From positions 159,309-223,308 of the forward strand of contig JAMJTW010000008.1 in assembly GCA_024281175.1 (NCBI GenBank): a DNA stretch of 64,000 bases. Direction: 5' to 3'. Every line of letters starts with the position of its first letter. The first letter of the stretch is position 1. This document shows positions 1 through 9,844 of this stretch, piece by piece. The position numbers were made by a program, and so were the translations under genes. The notes beneath the pieces are model-generated. The model saw only the letters and a program-made list of their open reading frames with translations, was not told the DNA's origin and did no database searches. The DNA is from Candidatus Thiovulum imperiosus (GTDB lineage: Bacteria; Campylobacterota; Campylobacteria; Campylobacterales; Thiovulaceae).

Positions 1-323
1 CACTGATATTTGTAAAGAGGGTCATTTAAATCTTTTAACTCCACTTCCACAACTTCGTTATCAAGAATTTTAGTTTGAGATTCTTCAGAAATTTGAATAG
101 TTTCAGAATCTTGGGAAGTTTCGGTTTCCAAATCTTGGGAAATTTCAGAATCTTGGGAAGTTTCAGTTTCAGAATCTTGCGGTGTTTCGGTTTCTAAATC
201 TTCGGAATCTTGCGGTGTTTCGGTTTCAGAAATTTCTACTTCAGAATTTTCTGAACCACTTGAATTTGAGCTACTACTTTGGCAACCGTAAAATAGTAGA
301 AAAATAGGTATATATTTAAACAT
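1..323 (-). CDS. Lipoprotein with acidic tandem repeats, 3' end cut by the window edge
   Basis: Not in the ORF track because it runs off the window. Minus-strand ATG at 323..321 reads MFKYIPIFLLFYGCQSSSSNSSGSENSEVEISETETPQDSEDLETETPQDSETETSQDSEISQDLETETSQDSETIQ... It has a lipobox-like LFYGC. ETETPQDSE-type units are visible as DNA repeats at ~100..235. Confidence 0.6.
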   Translation of the reverse strand, partial: MFKYIPIFLLFYGCQSSSSNSSGSENSEVEISETETPQDSEDLETETPQDSETETSQDSEISQDLETETSQDSETIQISEESQTKILDNEVVEVELKDLNDPLYKYQ

Positions 324-331
324 GTAATTTC

Positions 332-1129
332 CTAATTTAGTATATTGGCGAGAACAACTTCGTTCCACCCTTTGCTACCGTTCTCTTTTGAGAGAACGAG
401 TTTTTCTAAGTAGATATCTTCATAACTACCATTGAATTTGCGAATTAGAAAAGGGTAATCTACACTTTTCAACATTGGAATATCATTTTTGCTATCTCCC
501 AATCCAAAGGTGACTACTCTTTCAAAACCGCTTTTCATATAGAGGTTGGTTGTTTTTCGAACTGCTACACCTTTATCTTGCTCTTTGGCGATGAGGTGGT
601 AGAAACGACCTCCTTTTGTAATTTTATAAGGAGAGTTTTCAACAATTTGAAGAACCTCATCAATAGATACATCAGGTTTTAGAATAAATGGTTCACTAAA
701 CTCTCTGCTTTTTGAAAGAGAGGCTTCTTCCTCTTTTAAGTTTGTGAGTTCCATAACTTTGTGAATTGAAAAATCTCCAAATCCCTCTATATGTTTACTC
801 AAGTTTTTAGAAATAAAATTTCTAATTACACTTATCGGTTTTCCAAAAGGAAGCAAGTAGTAATTTCCAAGTTTCTGCATCTCTGGAGTTATAATTTCAA
901 AATCGTAATCTTCAGGAATGTAGAGTCCTCCACCATTCTCAACAATAAATGGTGCAAAAAGTTTTAACTTTCTTTGAAGTTTTACCACCTCATCATAAGT
1001 TTTTGAAGTAACTATTATAAGTGGAATTTTTAAAGATGAGAGCATAGAAACACTCTCTTTCGCACCATCAAAAGAGTAGTTCTCATGGTCTAATAGTGTT
1101 CCATCTAAATCTGTAAATACAATTTTCAA
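332..1129 (-). CDS. HAD-IIB family phosphatase (mannosyl/glucosyl-3-phosphoglycerate phosphatase-like)
   Basis: HAD motif I FTDLDGTLL, motif II IVTSKT, C-terminal GDSKND; 265 aa Cof/YedP-like length. Confidence 0.75.
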   Translation of the reverse strand: MKIVFTDLDGTLLDHENYSFDGAKESVSMLSSLKIPLIIVTSKTYDEVVKLQRKLKLFAPFIVENGGGLYIPEDYDFEIITPEMQKLGNYYLLPFGKPISVIRNFISKNLSKHIEGFGDFSIHKVMELTNLKEEEASLSKSREFSEPFILKPDVSIDEVLQIVENSPYKITKGGRFYHLIAKEQDKGVAVRKTTNLYMKSGFERVVTFGLGDSKNDIPMLKSVDYPFLIRKFNGSYEDIYLEKLVLSKENGSKGWNEVVLANILN

Positions 1130-1220
1130 TAAAACTCCTTTTTTTTTAATTGTACAAAATTTAGATAGAACTAAAAAAAGATTTAGATGATAGAATCCAG
1201 CAAAAAATTATTAGGTAATA

Positions 1221-1415
1221 ATGAAAAGTTTTGAGCCAAATTTACATCATATTGATGATTACAATGGAAATGAGAGTAGAGAAAAGAGAAAGACAATTAG
1301 ACTTGTAGTAGTGGGACTACTACTTGCAGGTGGAGTTTATGCAGGATTTCATCACTATTTTGGAACTGTGGAAGACCAAATTCCAGAAGCTCCATATCTT
1401 CTTAAAAGGTTCTAA
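1221..1415 (+). CDS. Small single-pass membrane protein, hypothetical
   Basis: 64-aa ORF with one hydrophobic helix (LVVVGLLLAGGVYAGF). Its stop lies 3 nt before the next gene start, suggesting co-translation with the oxidoreductase. Confidence 0.4.
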   Translation: MKSFEPNLHHIDDYNGNESREKRKTIRLVVVGLLLAGGVYAGFHHYFGTVEDQIPEAPYLLKRF

Positions 1416-1418
1416 TTT

Positions 1419-2597
1419 ATGCTAAGAAAACATATTGTTATTTTAGGTGGAGGATTTGCTGGAGTTGAAGCAGCAATAAACTTAGCGAAAGAGAGATATT
1501 TCAAAGTTACTCTAATTTCCAACAGACCATATATGTACATCTATCCAACTTCTATCTGGGTACCAACTGGAGAGAGTAAGTTTTCAAGTAATTTAATTCC
1601 TCTGAAAAAATTAGCTGAAAGAAGAAATTTCAATTTCTTAGAAGAGGAAGTTTCTGAATTTTTTGGTACTGAGAAGTATCTGATACTATCAAATGGTGAA
1701 AAGATAGATTTTGATTACGGTATTGTGGCAATTGGTGCTGGAAAGTTAAAAACAAAAGGGTCTGAAAATACGCTTTCTATTTGTAGTGAACCTGAAGAAG
1801 CTCTCGATATCCAAAAAAGATTAGAACTACTTATTGCAAAAGGTAGCGGAAAAATTGCTGTTGGTTTTGGAACAAATCCAAAAGATAAGTCAGCTGTACG
1901 AGGCGGTCCTGGTTTTGAACTTCTTTTCAATATTCATAACAACTTAAAAAGACTTGGAATTCGAGATAGTTTTGAACTGACACTTTTCTCTCCTAACCCT
2001 GTTCCAGGTGCTAGAATGGGAAAGAAGCCAGTAGCTATTATGGAAAAGATGTTTAAATCTATGAATTTAAAACAGAGGTATGGCAAGAGAGTTAAAGAGT
2101 TTCTTGAAGATGGTATTATTTTTGATGATGACTCCAAATTAGATAGTGATTTAATTATCTATATTCCAGCAAATGGTGGTCATAAAAATCTTCTCAAATC
2201 TGACTTGCCACTTGATGATAGTGGATTTGTGAAAATCAATGAGTTTTGTGAAGTTCAGGGGTTTGAAAATATTTACGCTATTGGAGATGTAGCTAAACTT
2301 GAAGGTCCAGACTGGAAAGCAAAACAGGGTCATATAGCAGAAGTTATGGCTAAAAATGTGGCAAAGAATATTGTAATTCAGGAAAATGTTTTACCATTCA
2401 AAAAAGAGAGTTATATTCATCATATAAATATATTGTGTGTAATGGATACTGGAAATGGTGCCGCTTTTCTCTTAAGAGATGATAAGAGGCAGATACTACT
2501 ACCTATGCCTATTTTCGGACACTGGCTTAAAAAGGCTTGGGGACTCTACTTTAAATGGTCAAAACTTGGCTACATTCCTCGAATTCCAGGAATGTAA
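1419..2597 (+). CDS. FAD-dependent pyridine nucleotide-disulfide oxidoreductase (sulfide:quinone oxidoreductase / NDH-2-like)
   Basis: N-terminal Rossmann motif IVILGGGFAGVEAA, second nucleotide-binding segment KIAVGFG, C-terminal YAIGDVA flavin motif. Confidence 0.8.
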   Translation: MLRKHIVILGGGFAGVEAAINLAKERYFKVTLISNRPYMYIYPTSIWVPTGESKFSSNLIPLKKLAERRNFNFLEEEVSEFFGTEKYLILSNGEKIDFDYGIVAIGAGKLKTKGSENTLSICSEPEEALDIQKRLELLIAKGSGKIAVGFGTNPKDKSAVRGGPGFELLFNIHNNLKRLGIRDSFELTLFSPNPVPGARMGKKPVAIMEKMFKSMNLKQRYGKRVKEFLEDGIIFDDDSKLDSDLIIYIPANGGHKNLLKSDLPLDDSGFVKINEFCEVQGFENIYAIGDVAKLEGPDWKAKQGHIAEVMAKNVAKNIVIQENVLPFKKESYIHHINILCVMDTGNGAAFLLRDDKRQILLPMPIFGHWLKKAWGLYFKWSKLGYIPRIPGM

Positions 2598-2613
2598 ATT
2601 ACGGGGAGGCTCT

Positions 2614-3531
2614 TTATACTTCCATACTCAAACAGTGAAGAGAACCTCCTTGCTGAATAAAGAGAGATGAGTCTATTGGAACTATCTCTCTTTCTGGAAA
2701 CTCTTCTCTGAAAATTTGAAGTGCTACCTCATCTTCAGAAATATTATAAATTGGAACTAAAACAGCACCTTTTACAAATATGAAATTCAGATAGGTTGCT
2801 GGAAAATCTCTAAATTCTGGATTTGGTAGTTTTCGAAAAGAGGCTTTCTCAAGTTTCTTCTCCAACTCTTTTCCAACTTCTAGTAAAGAGTAGAGAACTC
2901 TATCTTCTCTGGAAAATCGTGCTAACATATCGATATGTCCATCTGTATCGTCCCCTTTTAAAAAACTATTTTTAAGCCAAACTATTTTTGAAATACCAAA
3001 GTATTTTCTAAAGCTCTCTTCAACTTCACTTCTCGAATTTAGAGGTCTATTTGAATTTAGAATAGAGGTCTCTGTTACAAGTAGAGTTTTTCCATCTGTT
3101 TCAATAGCTCCACCCTCAACTATTAGAGGGACTTCTATTTTTGGAATTTCTCCAAAGAACCCTTTTTTGTATAGATTTTCCGTAATTCTATTATCATCTT
3201 CAAATTCAAATTTTCCTCCCCAACCGTTGAATTGGTAATTCAAAATTGCATTGCTCACAAAAAGTCCAACACTATCTCTAGCCCAGCTATCATTATAAGG
3301 AATTCCAGAAATTGTCTCTCCAATTCCGAAATCCTCTTCTGAAATTATGTAGAGCTTCTCTCTCTTTTCTATCTCTTTTGCAAAAGCTAGAAAATGTTCC
3401 ATAACTTTTTCAAAACAGCACCAACCAACACTTTTCTTTGGAGCAATGAGAATTTTCCCACCCTCTCTACTCCATTCAGGTATATATTTCACTCTTCTCA
3501 ATCTCCAAAACAAATTTTGAATTATCTTCAA
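2614..3531 (-). CDS. Agmatine deiminase family protein (PAD_porph type)
   Basis: Family motifs SWARDSVG, EGGAIETDGKTLLVTE, DDTDGHIDMLARF and C-terminal GGSLHC. The ORF-track start is TTG and overlaps the upstream kinase by 56 nt. An in-frame GTG at ~3492 is an alternative start. Confidence 0.8.
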   Translation of the reverse strand: MKIIQNLFWRLRRVKYIPEWSREGGKILIAPKKSVGWCCFEKVMEHFLAFAKEIEKREKLYIISEEDFGIGETISGIPYNDSWARDSVGLFVSNAILNYQFNGWGGKFEFEDDNRITENLYKKGFFGEIPKIEVPLIVEGGAIETDGKTLLVTETSILNSNRPLNSRSEVEESFRKYFGISKIVWLKNSFLKGDDTDGHIDMLARFSREDRVLYSLLEVGKELEKKLEKASFRKLPNPEFRDFPATYLNFIFVKGAVLVPIYNISEDEVALQIFREEFPEREIVPIDSSLFIQQGGSLHCLSMEV

Positions 3532-5440
3532 GATATAGTTTTCCGTCCATATTTACTTCAACTATCATTTTTGCCATATAAAGTCCAATTCCAGTACCAA
3601 ACGACTCATGTTTTGTTGTAAAGTATGGTTGAAAAATCTTATCTTTCAACTCTTCTGGAACTCCATTTCCACTATCTTTTATAGAGAGAATACAGATTTC
3701 ATTCTCCTCTTTCGCCTCTATCCAAACTCTTTTATCTTCAACACTTTTCAGAGCCTCAATTGCATTATTTAGTAGAATTAGAAGAGTCTCCTGAAACTCA
3801 TATTTGTATCCATTTATTAACATCTTTCCGTGACATGAAAAGTGTAGAGTCTCTGCACCATTTATAAAAACTCGAATACCTTTCTCTCTAAATATATTTT
3901 TCTCTAAATCTATTGCTTCTAACAGAGTTTCACAAATCGAAAACTCGGTCTTCTCTTTATCTGGTTTAAAAAAGTATCTAAATTTGTCTATGGTTTTTGA
4001 CATCATCTGAACTGTACTGTTTACACTTTCATACCTCTCTTCAAGATACTCTTTTGAGAGTTCATCATACTCATAAGTTTCTAAAATATCATAAATGTAA
4101 TTAGAGATAGAGGTTAGTGGCTGTCTCCACTGATGAGCAATCATTCCAACAATTTCAGAAACAGCACTAATTTTTGCTTCACCCATTCTTTTCTGAGTCT
4201 CTATATTTTCTCCAATAGAGACAATCATCGCATTAAAAGAACTGGAGAGCATTCCTATCTCATCTTTTGAAGAGATATTACTTCTGATATTGTAATTTCC
4301 TCGTTTCACCTCATCAGAAAGAGTTGCAAGATAGTTTATTGGAAATATAACTGTTTTTGAGATATAGATAACAAAAAAGAGAATTAGAAAGAGAATTATA
4401 ATAGAGTTCCAGATAAGTATCTCTTTAAGAGTATCACCACCTTTTTGAAGTTCACTCAAATAGGCACTTGAACCTATATACCAATGTAGAGGTTTATAGT
4501 GTTCAACCCAAGAGACTTTTTGATAGATAAAGTTTCCAGTATCATCTGGTCTATCCCATAAATAGTAAAGTGTTTTTGAAGCAGACTCACCAGCCTTTTG
4601 TAAAGACTCTGCCATTGTGTATTGTGTATTTGGATTTGGATAATTTTTAAAGTCTTTGCCGATGAGGTATCTATTTGGGTGAAAAAGCATCTCATGTTCT
4701 CTGTTGAAAATGTAGATATATCCTGTATCTCCTATCTTTGTCTTCTCAAGAATAGTTTGAATTTTCTCAGTAAGTTCTCTCTCTCTTTCTACTATTTTGC
4801 TATTTCTATCATCAAGGTAAACTCCTGTTCCAATTACTAAATCCCACTCTGGAATATATTTGAAATAGGAAATCTTTCTCTCTATCTGATTAGAGTTGAA
4901 GTTTTTCCAATAGTACTGATAATATCCCTCTCCATCTCTTTTTGCAATATCAACCATATTTGCAACAACACTATTGCCTTTGATATCTTTTACCTCTTTT
5001 CCATCTTTCAAAGAGTCCTTATCTGGATGCACTTTAGCCACATAATCACCATCAATTATCCAGATATAGTTCTCTTTCTCATATCTAAAATCTTGGAAAT
5101 ATTGGAATGCTCTACTTTTTGCCTCTGCCTCACTCAAAATTCCACTTTTAGAAATATTTATATACTCTCTAATTGTATTGGCAGAAAAGTCTACAATTTG
5201 TTCTGCATCTTCTTTTAGGTGTTCCAAAGAGTCCTTTTTAAAACTCTCCAGTTCAGAGTGGTAGATATCTACAATTTGATAAATTTTAGCAAGAGCCTCT
5301 TTGCCCTGTTTTTCAACAAGAGAGAAGTTGTAGTTCTGATTGAATGGAAGAATATAGAAATAGAAAATAACTATTTCAGCTAAGATGAGAACTAATAGAG
5401 TTACGATTGTTTTTTTTAGAAGAATAGAAGAACTTATCAT
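3476..5440 (-). CDS. Sensor histidine kinase with periplasmic Cache-like domains and HAMP
   Basis: N-terminal TM helix; two Cache-like segments (YIWIIDGDYVAKVHPD, GYIYIFNREHEMLFHPN); second TM; HAMP-like linker; H-box IAHQWRQPL; ATPase boxes LLNNAIEA, DSGNGVP, GTGIGLYMAK. Confidence 0.85.
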   Translation of the reverse strand: MISSSILLKKTIVTLLVLILAEIVIFYFYILPFNQNYNFSLVEKQGKEALAKIYQIVDIYHSELESFKKDSLEHLKEDAEQIVDFSANTIREYINISKSGILSEAEAKSRAFQYFQDFRYEKENYIWIIDGDYVAKVHPDKDSLKDGKEVKDIKGNSVVANMVDIAKRDGEGYYQYYWKNFNSNQIERKISYFKYIPEWDLVIGTGVYLDDRNSKIVERERELTEKIQTILEKTKIGDTGYIYIFNREHEMLFHPNRYLIGKDFKNYPNPNTQYTMAESLQKAGESASKTLYYLWDRPDDTGNFIYQKVSWVEHYKPLHWYIGSSAYLSELQKGGDTLKEILIWNSIIILFLILFFVIYISKTVIFPINYLATLSDEVKRGNYNIRSNISSKDEIGMLSSSFNAMIVSIGENIETQKRMGEAKISAVSEIVGMIAHQWRQPLTSISNYIYDILETYEYDELSKEYLEERYESVNSTVQMMSKTIDKFRYFFKPDKEKTEFSICETLLEAIDLEKNIFREKGIRVFINGAETLHFSCHGKMLINGYKYEFQETLLILLNNAIEALKSVEDKRVWIEAKEENEICILSIKDSGNGVPEELKDKIFQPYFTTKHESFGTGIGLYMAKMIVEVNMDGKLYLEDNSKFVLEIEKSEIYT

Positions 5441-5458
5441 TTTAGAACACCAGTTTTA

Positions 5459-5479
5459 TTAGACCCTTTTTGGGTCTAA
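5459..5479 (-). terminator. Hairpin downstream of eno (possible terminator)
   Basis: TTAGACCC-TTTTT-GGGTCTAA, 8-bp stem, 9 nt after the eno stop. There is no clear U-tract, so confidence is moderate to low. Confidence 0.4.
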
Positions 5480-5487
5480 AATAGAAT

Positions 5488-6756
5488 TTAAAAGAGACTA
5501 TTTCCTAAATACTCTCCGTATAAAATTTCACTTTCAATATCAAGAAGTCTATTATATTTAGCTGTTCTTTCACCTCTAGCAGTTGAACCAGTTTTGATTT
5601 CACCTGTATTTAAAGCCACGGCAAAATCTGCAATAAAACTATCTTCACTCTCACCGCTACGGTGACTCATAACACATTTATACCCATTTCTCTGAGCAAG
5701 TCGAACAGTCTGCATAGTTTCAGAAACTGAACCAATTTGGTTTGGTTTAATTAGAATAGCGTTTCCAACACCTTTCTGAATTCCAAGATTTAGAATAGAA
5801 GCGTTTGTAACAAAAAGGTCATCTCCAACAAGTTGTACTCTATTTCCAAGTTTTTCTGTCAAAAGTTTCCAGCCGTCCCAATCATCTTCAGAAAGACCAT
5901 CTTCGATAGATACAATTGGATATTTCTCACAAAGGTCTGCATAATACTCCACAAGCTCTTCAGATGTTAAAGTTCGATTTTCAGAAGCTAAGTGGTATTT
6001 TCCATCTTCTGTAACAAACTCACTACTTGCAACATCTAAAGCTAAAACTATCTCTTCTCCAAGTTTATATCCACTCTTTTCTACTGCTTCAATTATCACC
6101 TGTATCGGCTCTTCATTTGAACCTAAATCTGGTGCAAATCCACCCTCATCACCAAGAGCTGTTGCAAGTTTTTTCTCTTTTAAAATCTTTTTCAAATTTT
6201 GATATATCTCTGAAGATGCTCTTAACGCTTCTGAAAATTCAGTGAAACCTGTTGGCATTATCATATACTCTTGAAAATCTACTGAGTTATCAGCATGAGA
6301 ACCACCATTGATAATATTGAACATCGGCACCGGTAGAACCATTCCGTTAGAACCACCCAAATATCTGTAAAGAGGCATGTTTAAAGATTGTGCAGAAGCT
6401 CGTGCAACAGCCATTGATACACCAAGAACAGCGTTTGCACCTAAATTACTATAATTATCAGTTCCGTCTAACTCTTTCATTTTTGCATCAACAATGGCTT
6501 GATTGTAAGGAGTTAAACCAACCAGAACTTCAGAAATTTTCAAATTAACATTTTCACAAGCCTGAAGAACACCTTTTCCACCATATCGTGTTCCACCATC
6601 TCGAAGCTCAAGTGCTTCTCTTTTTCCAGTAGATGCCCCGCTTGGAACTATTGCGTTAGCTTCTGTTCCATCACTTAAACTAACTCTTGCTCGAACAGTT
6701 GGGTTCCCTCTGCTGTCAAGAACCTCATCGGCAAATATGTTTTCAATAAATACCAC
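5488..6756 (-). CDS. eno: Enolase (phosphopyruvate hydratase)
   Basis: Full-length 422 aa. N-terminus [27 protein letters not shown] and other canonical enolase blocks. Confidence 0.97.
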   Translation of the reverse strand: MVFIENIFADEVLDSRGNPTVRARVSLSDGTEANAIVPSGASTGKREALELRDGGTRYGGKGVLQACENVNLKISEVLVGLTPYNQAIVDAKMKELDGTDNYSNLGANAVLGVSMAVARASAQSLNMPLYRYLGGSNGMVLPVPMFNIINGGSHADNSVDFQEYMIMPTGFTEFSEALRASSEIYQNLKKILKEKKLATALGDEGGFAPDLGSNEEPIQVIIEAVEKSGYKLGEEIVLALDVASSEFVTEDGKYHLASENRTLTSEELVEYYADLCEKYPIVSIEDGLSEDDWDGWKLLTEKLGNRVQLVGDDLFVTNASILNLGIQKGVGNAILIKPNQIGSVSETMQTVRLAQRNGYKCVMSHRSGESEDSFIADFAVALNTGEIKTGSTARGERTAKYNRLLDIESEILYGEYLGNSLF

Positions 6757-6850
6757 AAATTACCTCAAATAAAACAGATTATACCAACAAAAATATATTA
6801 CTTCAAATTTGACATCGGAAAATTTTTTGAGTAGAATTCCGCTCAAGTTT

Positions 6851-6926
6851 GGGGAATTAGCTCAGCTGGGAGAGCGCCTGCTTTGCACGCAGGAGGTCAG
6901 CGGTTCGATCCCGCTATTCTCCACCA
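6851..6926 (+). tRNA. tRNA-Ala (anticodon UGC), CCA encoded
   Basis: GGGGAATTAGCTCAGCTGGGAGAGCGCCTGCTTTGCACGCAGGAGGTCAGCGGTTCGATCCCGCTATTCTCCACCA. Cloverleaf with G3:U70 Ala identity pair, anticodon loop CTTTGCACG, T-loop GGTTCGATCC. Confidence 0.95.
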
Positions 6927-6929
6927 CTC

Positions 6930-8672
6930 TTAATTTACTTTCCTACTAATATACAATTCAGAAAGTCTCGAAATATAGTCTAAAATTATCATAACTGCTC
7001 TACCTTTATGGTCATTAGATTTTAAATCATGATTTAATAAAACAGCAGATAGTGTCTCTAACTCATCTTCACTTGGAACTCTACCAATTACAAATAGAAA
7101 AAGGTCCTCAATTAGAGCTTCATGACTACTAAAATTTAGAGCAAAAAGAAATTCAGAACCCCAACCAGCGTCCCAATCTGAAAACATATTTGTCTTCTGG
7201 TCTAAAAACATTGTCTCCCGAATTGTTTTTGTAAGTTGGCTAAAAGAGAGTGTATCTGATGGATTTTCTACACCTCTACCAAGTTTATAGAACATTGGAG
7301 GTTGGTTGCTATTGTGAGCTTGGCTTATCCAATTTATAAATGTGCTATTTCCTGCATAAAAATTTATCTTTTTTGCAATCGGTAGATATAGCTCTTCAAA
7401 AGATTTAAATCTCTCACTATTTGCTACAAAATCATCAGAAAAGATAATATTTAAAAAGATATCTTGATAGTTAGTTGCTCCAACTTCATAAAGGTCAGCC
7501 ATAAATTCTGCCTTCTCTTCAGCACTATAATTTGGAAAGTAAAAATCCAACCAATTTAGAATAAACCAATCTGTAAGAAGTGGATTATCTGCAACTATTT
7601 CTCGATAGAAATCTTTACATCTCATAATTTCTGTACCGTTGATTTCTAAAATTTCTGTGTTGTAATCAAAAGATATTTCTAAGTTTTGGTCTCGTTCATT
7701 GTAGGAGAAATCTTTACAAGCCTGTGACGCTATTGGAACAATACTATCATCAAAAACTCCTACCATAAGTTCTAAAGACTCTCTTGTATTATCTTCTGGA
7801 CTTCTAAATCTTCTCCAATACTCTTCAGAAAGAAGATAGTTATAAACCATTGAGTCCATTGTATATCCACCATCTAACTGTTCATACAGTTCTCTTAGAA
7901 GATTTGAACCAGTAGACATATTTACAGTAGAGAGTTCAAGAGAAGCTGAATAGAATTTAGAGTTTACCAACATATATGCTGTCCAGAAATTTAGATACTC
8001 TTTGCTTGGTTCTAACGAAAAGAGTCTTGCTAAAGCTCTTTCAGGAGTTTTTCTATTCCAAGAGTAGTTATATTTCTGAGTAGCTTTTTCGGCTTGTTCA
8101 AAGTTTCCAACTTTTACTTTAAGCAATCTATTTTTGATATAAGTGATAGGTCTATCCATCTGAATAACCATCTCAAACTCATTTTTTGGTAAACCGATAA
8201 AAAACGCACTAAGAATTTTGTCCAAAACAACATACTGCTCTTCAATAGAGAGTTTTTTAAACTCCTCATCACTGTAAGCTCTTGAAAATAGAGGAAGCTC
8301 TTCTGATGGAACTCCAAGAGTAAAACCATCTCTTTCGACTTTTGTAATTTCTACATTTCGGATTTCAACTATTTTCTTCTCTAATGGAATTTCTAAAGTT
8401 GTTGGTGCTTTTGTAAGTATCCAAACACCTTCAAATCGGGAAAGGTCTAATATATCACCTCTATCTAATCTGTTGCTATGGTACTGCCACATTTCAGCAT
8501 CATATTTCCAGACAAGGTCAATCTTACTATTCTCTTTTAAAATATCAAGATTTGGAATATTTCCAACGAGATTCCAACCCTGAATTAGCTGAATAGTTTG
8601 TGTTTCATTGGAAACATTCTCTTCACTAAAAAGAGAAGAGAATGTAGCCAACATTAGAAAAATAAAACGCAT
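6930..8672 (-). CDS. Hypothetical secreted protein
   Basis: 580-aa ORF with signal-like N-terminus MRFIFLMLATFSSLFSEE. No family recognised by eye. Confidence 0.5.
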   Translation of the reverse strand: MRFIFLMLATFSSLFSEENVSNETQTIQLIQGWNLVGNIPNLDILKENSKIDLVWKYDAEMWQYHSNRLDRGDILDLSRFEGVWILTKAPTTLEIPLEKKIVEIRNVEITKVERDGFTLGVPSEELPLFSRAYSDEEFKKLSIEEQYVVLDKILSAFFIGLPKNEFEMVIQMDRPITYIKNRLLKVKVGNFEQAEKATQKYNYSWNRKTPERALARLFSLEPSKEYLNFWTAYMLVNSKFYSASLELSTVNMSTGSNLLRELYEQLDGGYTMDSMVYNYLLSEEYWRRFRSPEDNTRESLELMVGVFDDSIVPIASQACKDFSYNERDQNLEISFDYNTEILEINGTEIMRCKDFYREIVADNPLLTDWFILNWLDFYFPNYSAEEKAEFMADLYEVGATNYQDIFLNIIFSDDFVANSERFKSFEELYLPIAKKINFYAGNSTFINWISQAHNSNQPPMFYKLGRGVENPSDTLSFSQLTKTIRETMFLDQKTNMFSDWDAGWGSEFLFALNFSSHEALIEDLFLFVIGRVPSEDELETLSAVLLNHDLKSNDHKGRAVMIILDYISRLSELYISRKVN

Positions 8673-8752
8673 TTCTACTCCTGTTTTTTTGTATTATCGA
8701 CTAAATTTTAAGGAACTGACCAAGTAGTCGTCCCTTCTTAAACAAAGAAATT

Positions 8753-9712
8753 CTAATAGAGAATTCCATTCTTATATAGCTCTTTTCTTATCTTCCCAAA
8801 ACTACTCTGCTTATTAAAACACCAATCTGGAGAAATCAGAGTGGAGTTTTCAACTCCTGCTGTAACTCTCTGAATTGAAATATCTTCTGGAAGTTTCTTA
8901 AAAGAATCAACTATATTTTTTATATATGTTTCTTCAGAAATTGGAGAAAATTCACCTTTTCTATACTGATTTGCGAGAGCTGTTCTCTCAACAACATAGA
9001 GAGGGTGAATTTTTATAGAATTTACTCCAAGTTCTACGGTTTTATCAAAACTCTGTTGCATCATCTCATCACTCTCATCTGGAAGTCCATAAATAAGGTG
9101 TCCACAAACATTCAAATTTCGCTCTCTACTTTTCAAAATAGCCTCTTCCACATTTTGAAAATTGTGTCCTCTATTTATCTTCTCTAAAGTTTCATCAAAA
9201 ATAGATTGAATTCCAAACTCAATCCAAATTTCATGTTTTTTTGAGAGAGTTTCTAAGAAGTCTAAAACCTCATCAGATACAGAGTCACTTCGAGTTCCAA
9301 TACTTAAACCAACAACATTTGGTAGAGAGAGGGCTTTCAAATAGAGTTTTTTCAGGGTCTCTATTGGAGCATAAGTATTTGTAAATGCTTGAAAATAGAC
9401 AAGAAATTTTGAAGCATCATAATCTCTCTCTAACTTTTTAGAAAGTGTTTGAAATTGAAACTGAAGTTCTTGTAATTGCTTTTCTAAAAGAGGATTCTCT
9501 TTTGAATTCAAATTTAAAGTTATACCTTTTATCTTCTCAACTTGATTTAAAATAGGATTGAAGGAGTCATTTTCACAAAAAGTGCAACCTCCTCTTGCAA
9601 CGCTACCATCGATGTTTGGACATGTAAATCCTGAAAGAGCAATTGGGACTTTATAAACTCTTTCTCCAAACTTATCTTTTAAATACTCTCCAAATGTCAA
9701 TATCTTTTTCAA
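8753..9712 (-). CDS. TIGR01212-family radical SAM protein (YhcC-like)
   Basis: N-terminus with KVPIALSGFTCPNIDGSVARGGCTFC cysteine motif characteristic of this radical SAM subfamily; 319 aa. Confidence 0.85.
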   Translation of the reverse strand: MKKILTFGEYLKDKFGERVYKVPIALSGFTCPNIDGSVARGGCTFCENDSFNPILNQVEKIKGITLNLNSKENPLLEKQLQELQFQFQTLSKKLERDYDASKFLVYFQAFTNTYAPIETLKKLYLKALSLPNVVGLSIGTRSDSVSDEVLDFLETLSKKHEIWIEFGIQSIFDETLEKINRGHNFQNVEEAILKSRERNLNVCGHLIYGLPDESDEMMQQSFDKTVELGVNSIKIHPLYVVERTALANQYRKGEFSPISEETYIKNIVDSFKKLPEDISIQRVTAGVENSTLISPDWCFNKQSSFGKIRKELYKNGILY

Positions 9713-9844
9713 GAGTTATGTTCTCCATAATTTTCCCTTGACAATATCAAATCTTTAATAAAAGAAGATAATTATCTTCTTTAAAATATAAATTTAAGAA
9801 ATAGTATTCTACAATACAAAGATAAATTCTTTTTAGGAGAGGTA

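Noticed and set aside
3476-3531. 56-nt overlap between the histidine kinase 3' end and the agmatine deiminase 5' end, considered as a possible regulatory overlap
   Set aside because: It is most likely an over-extended TTG start call. An in-frame GTG (~3492) just before the conserved IPEW segment reduces the overlap to ~17 nt.
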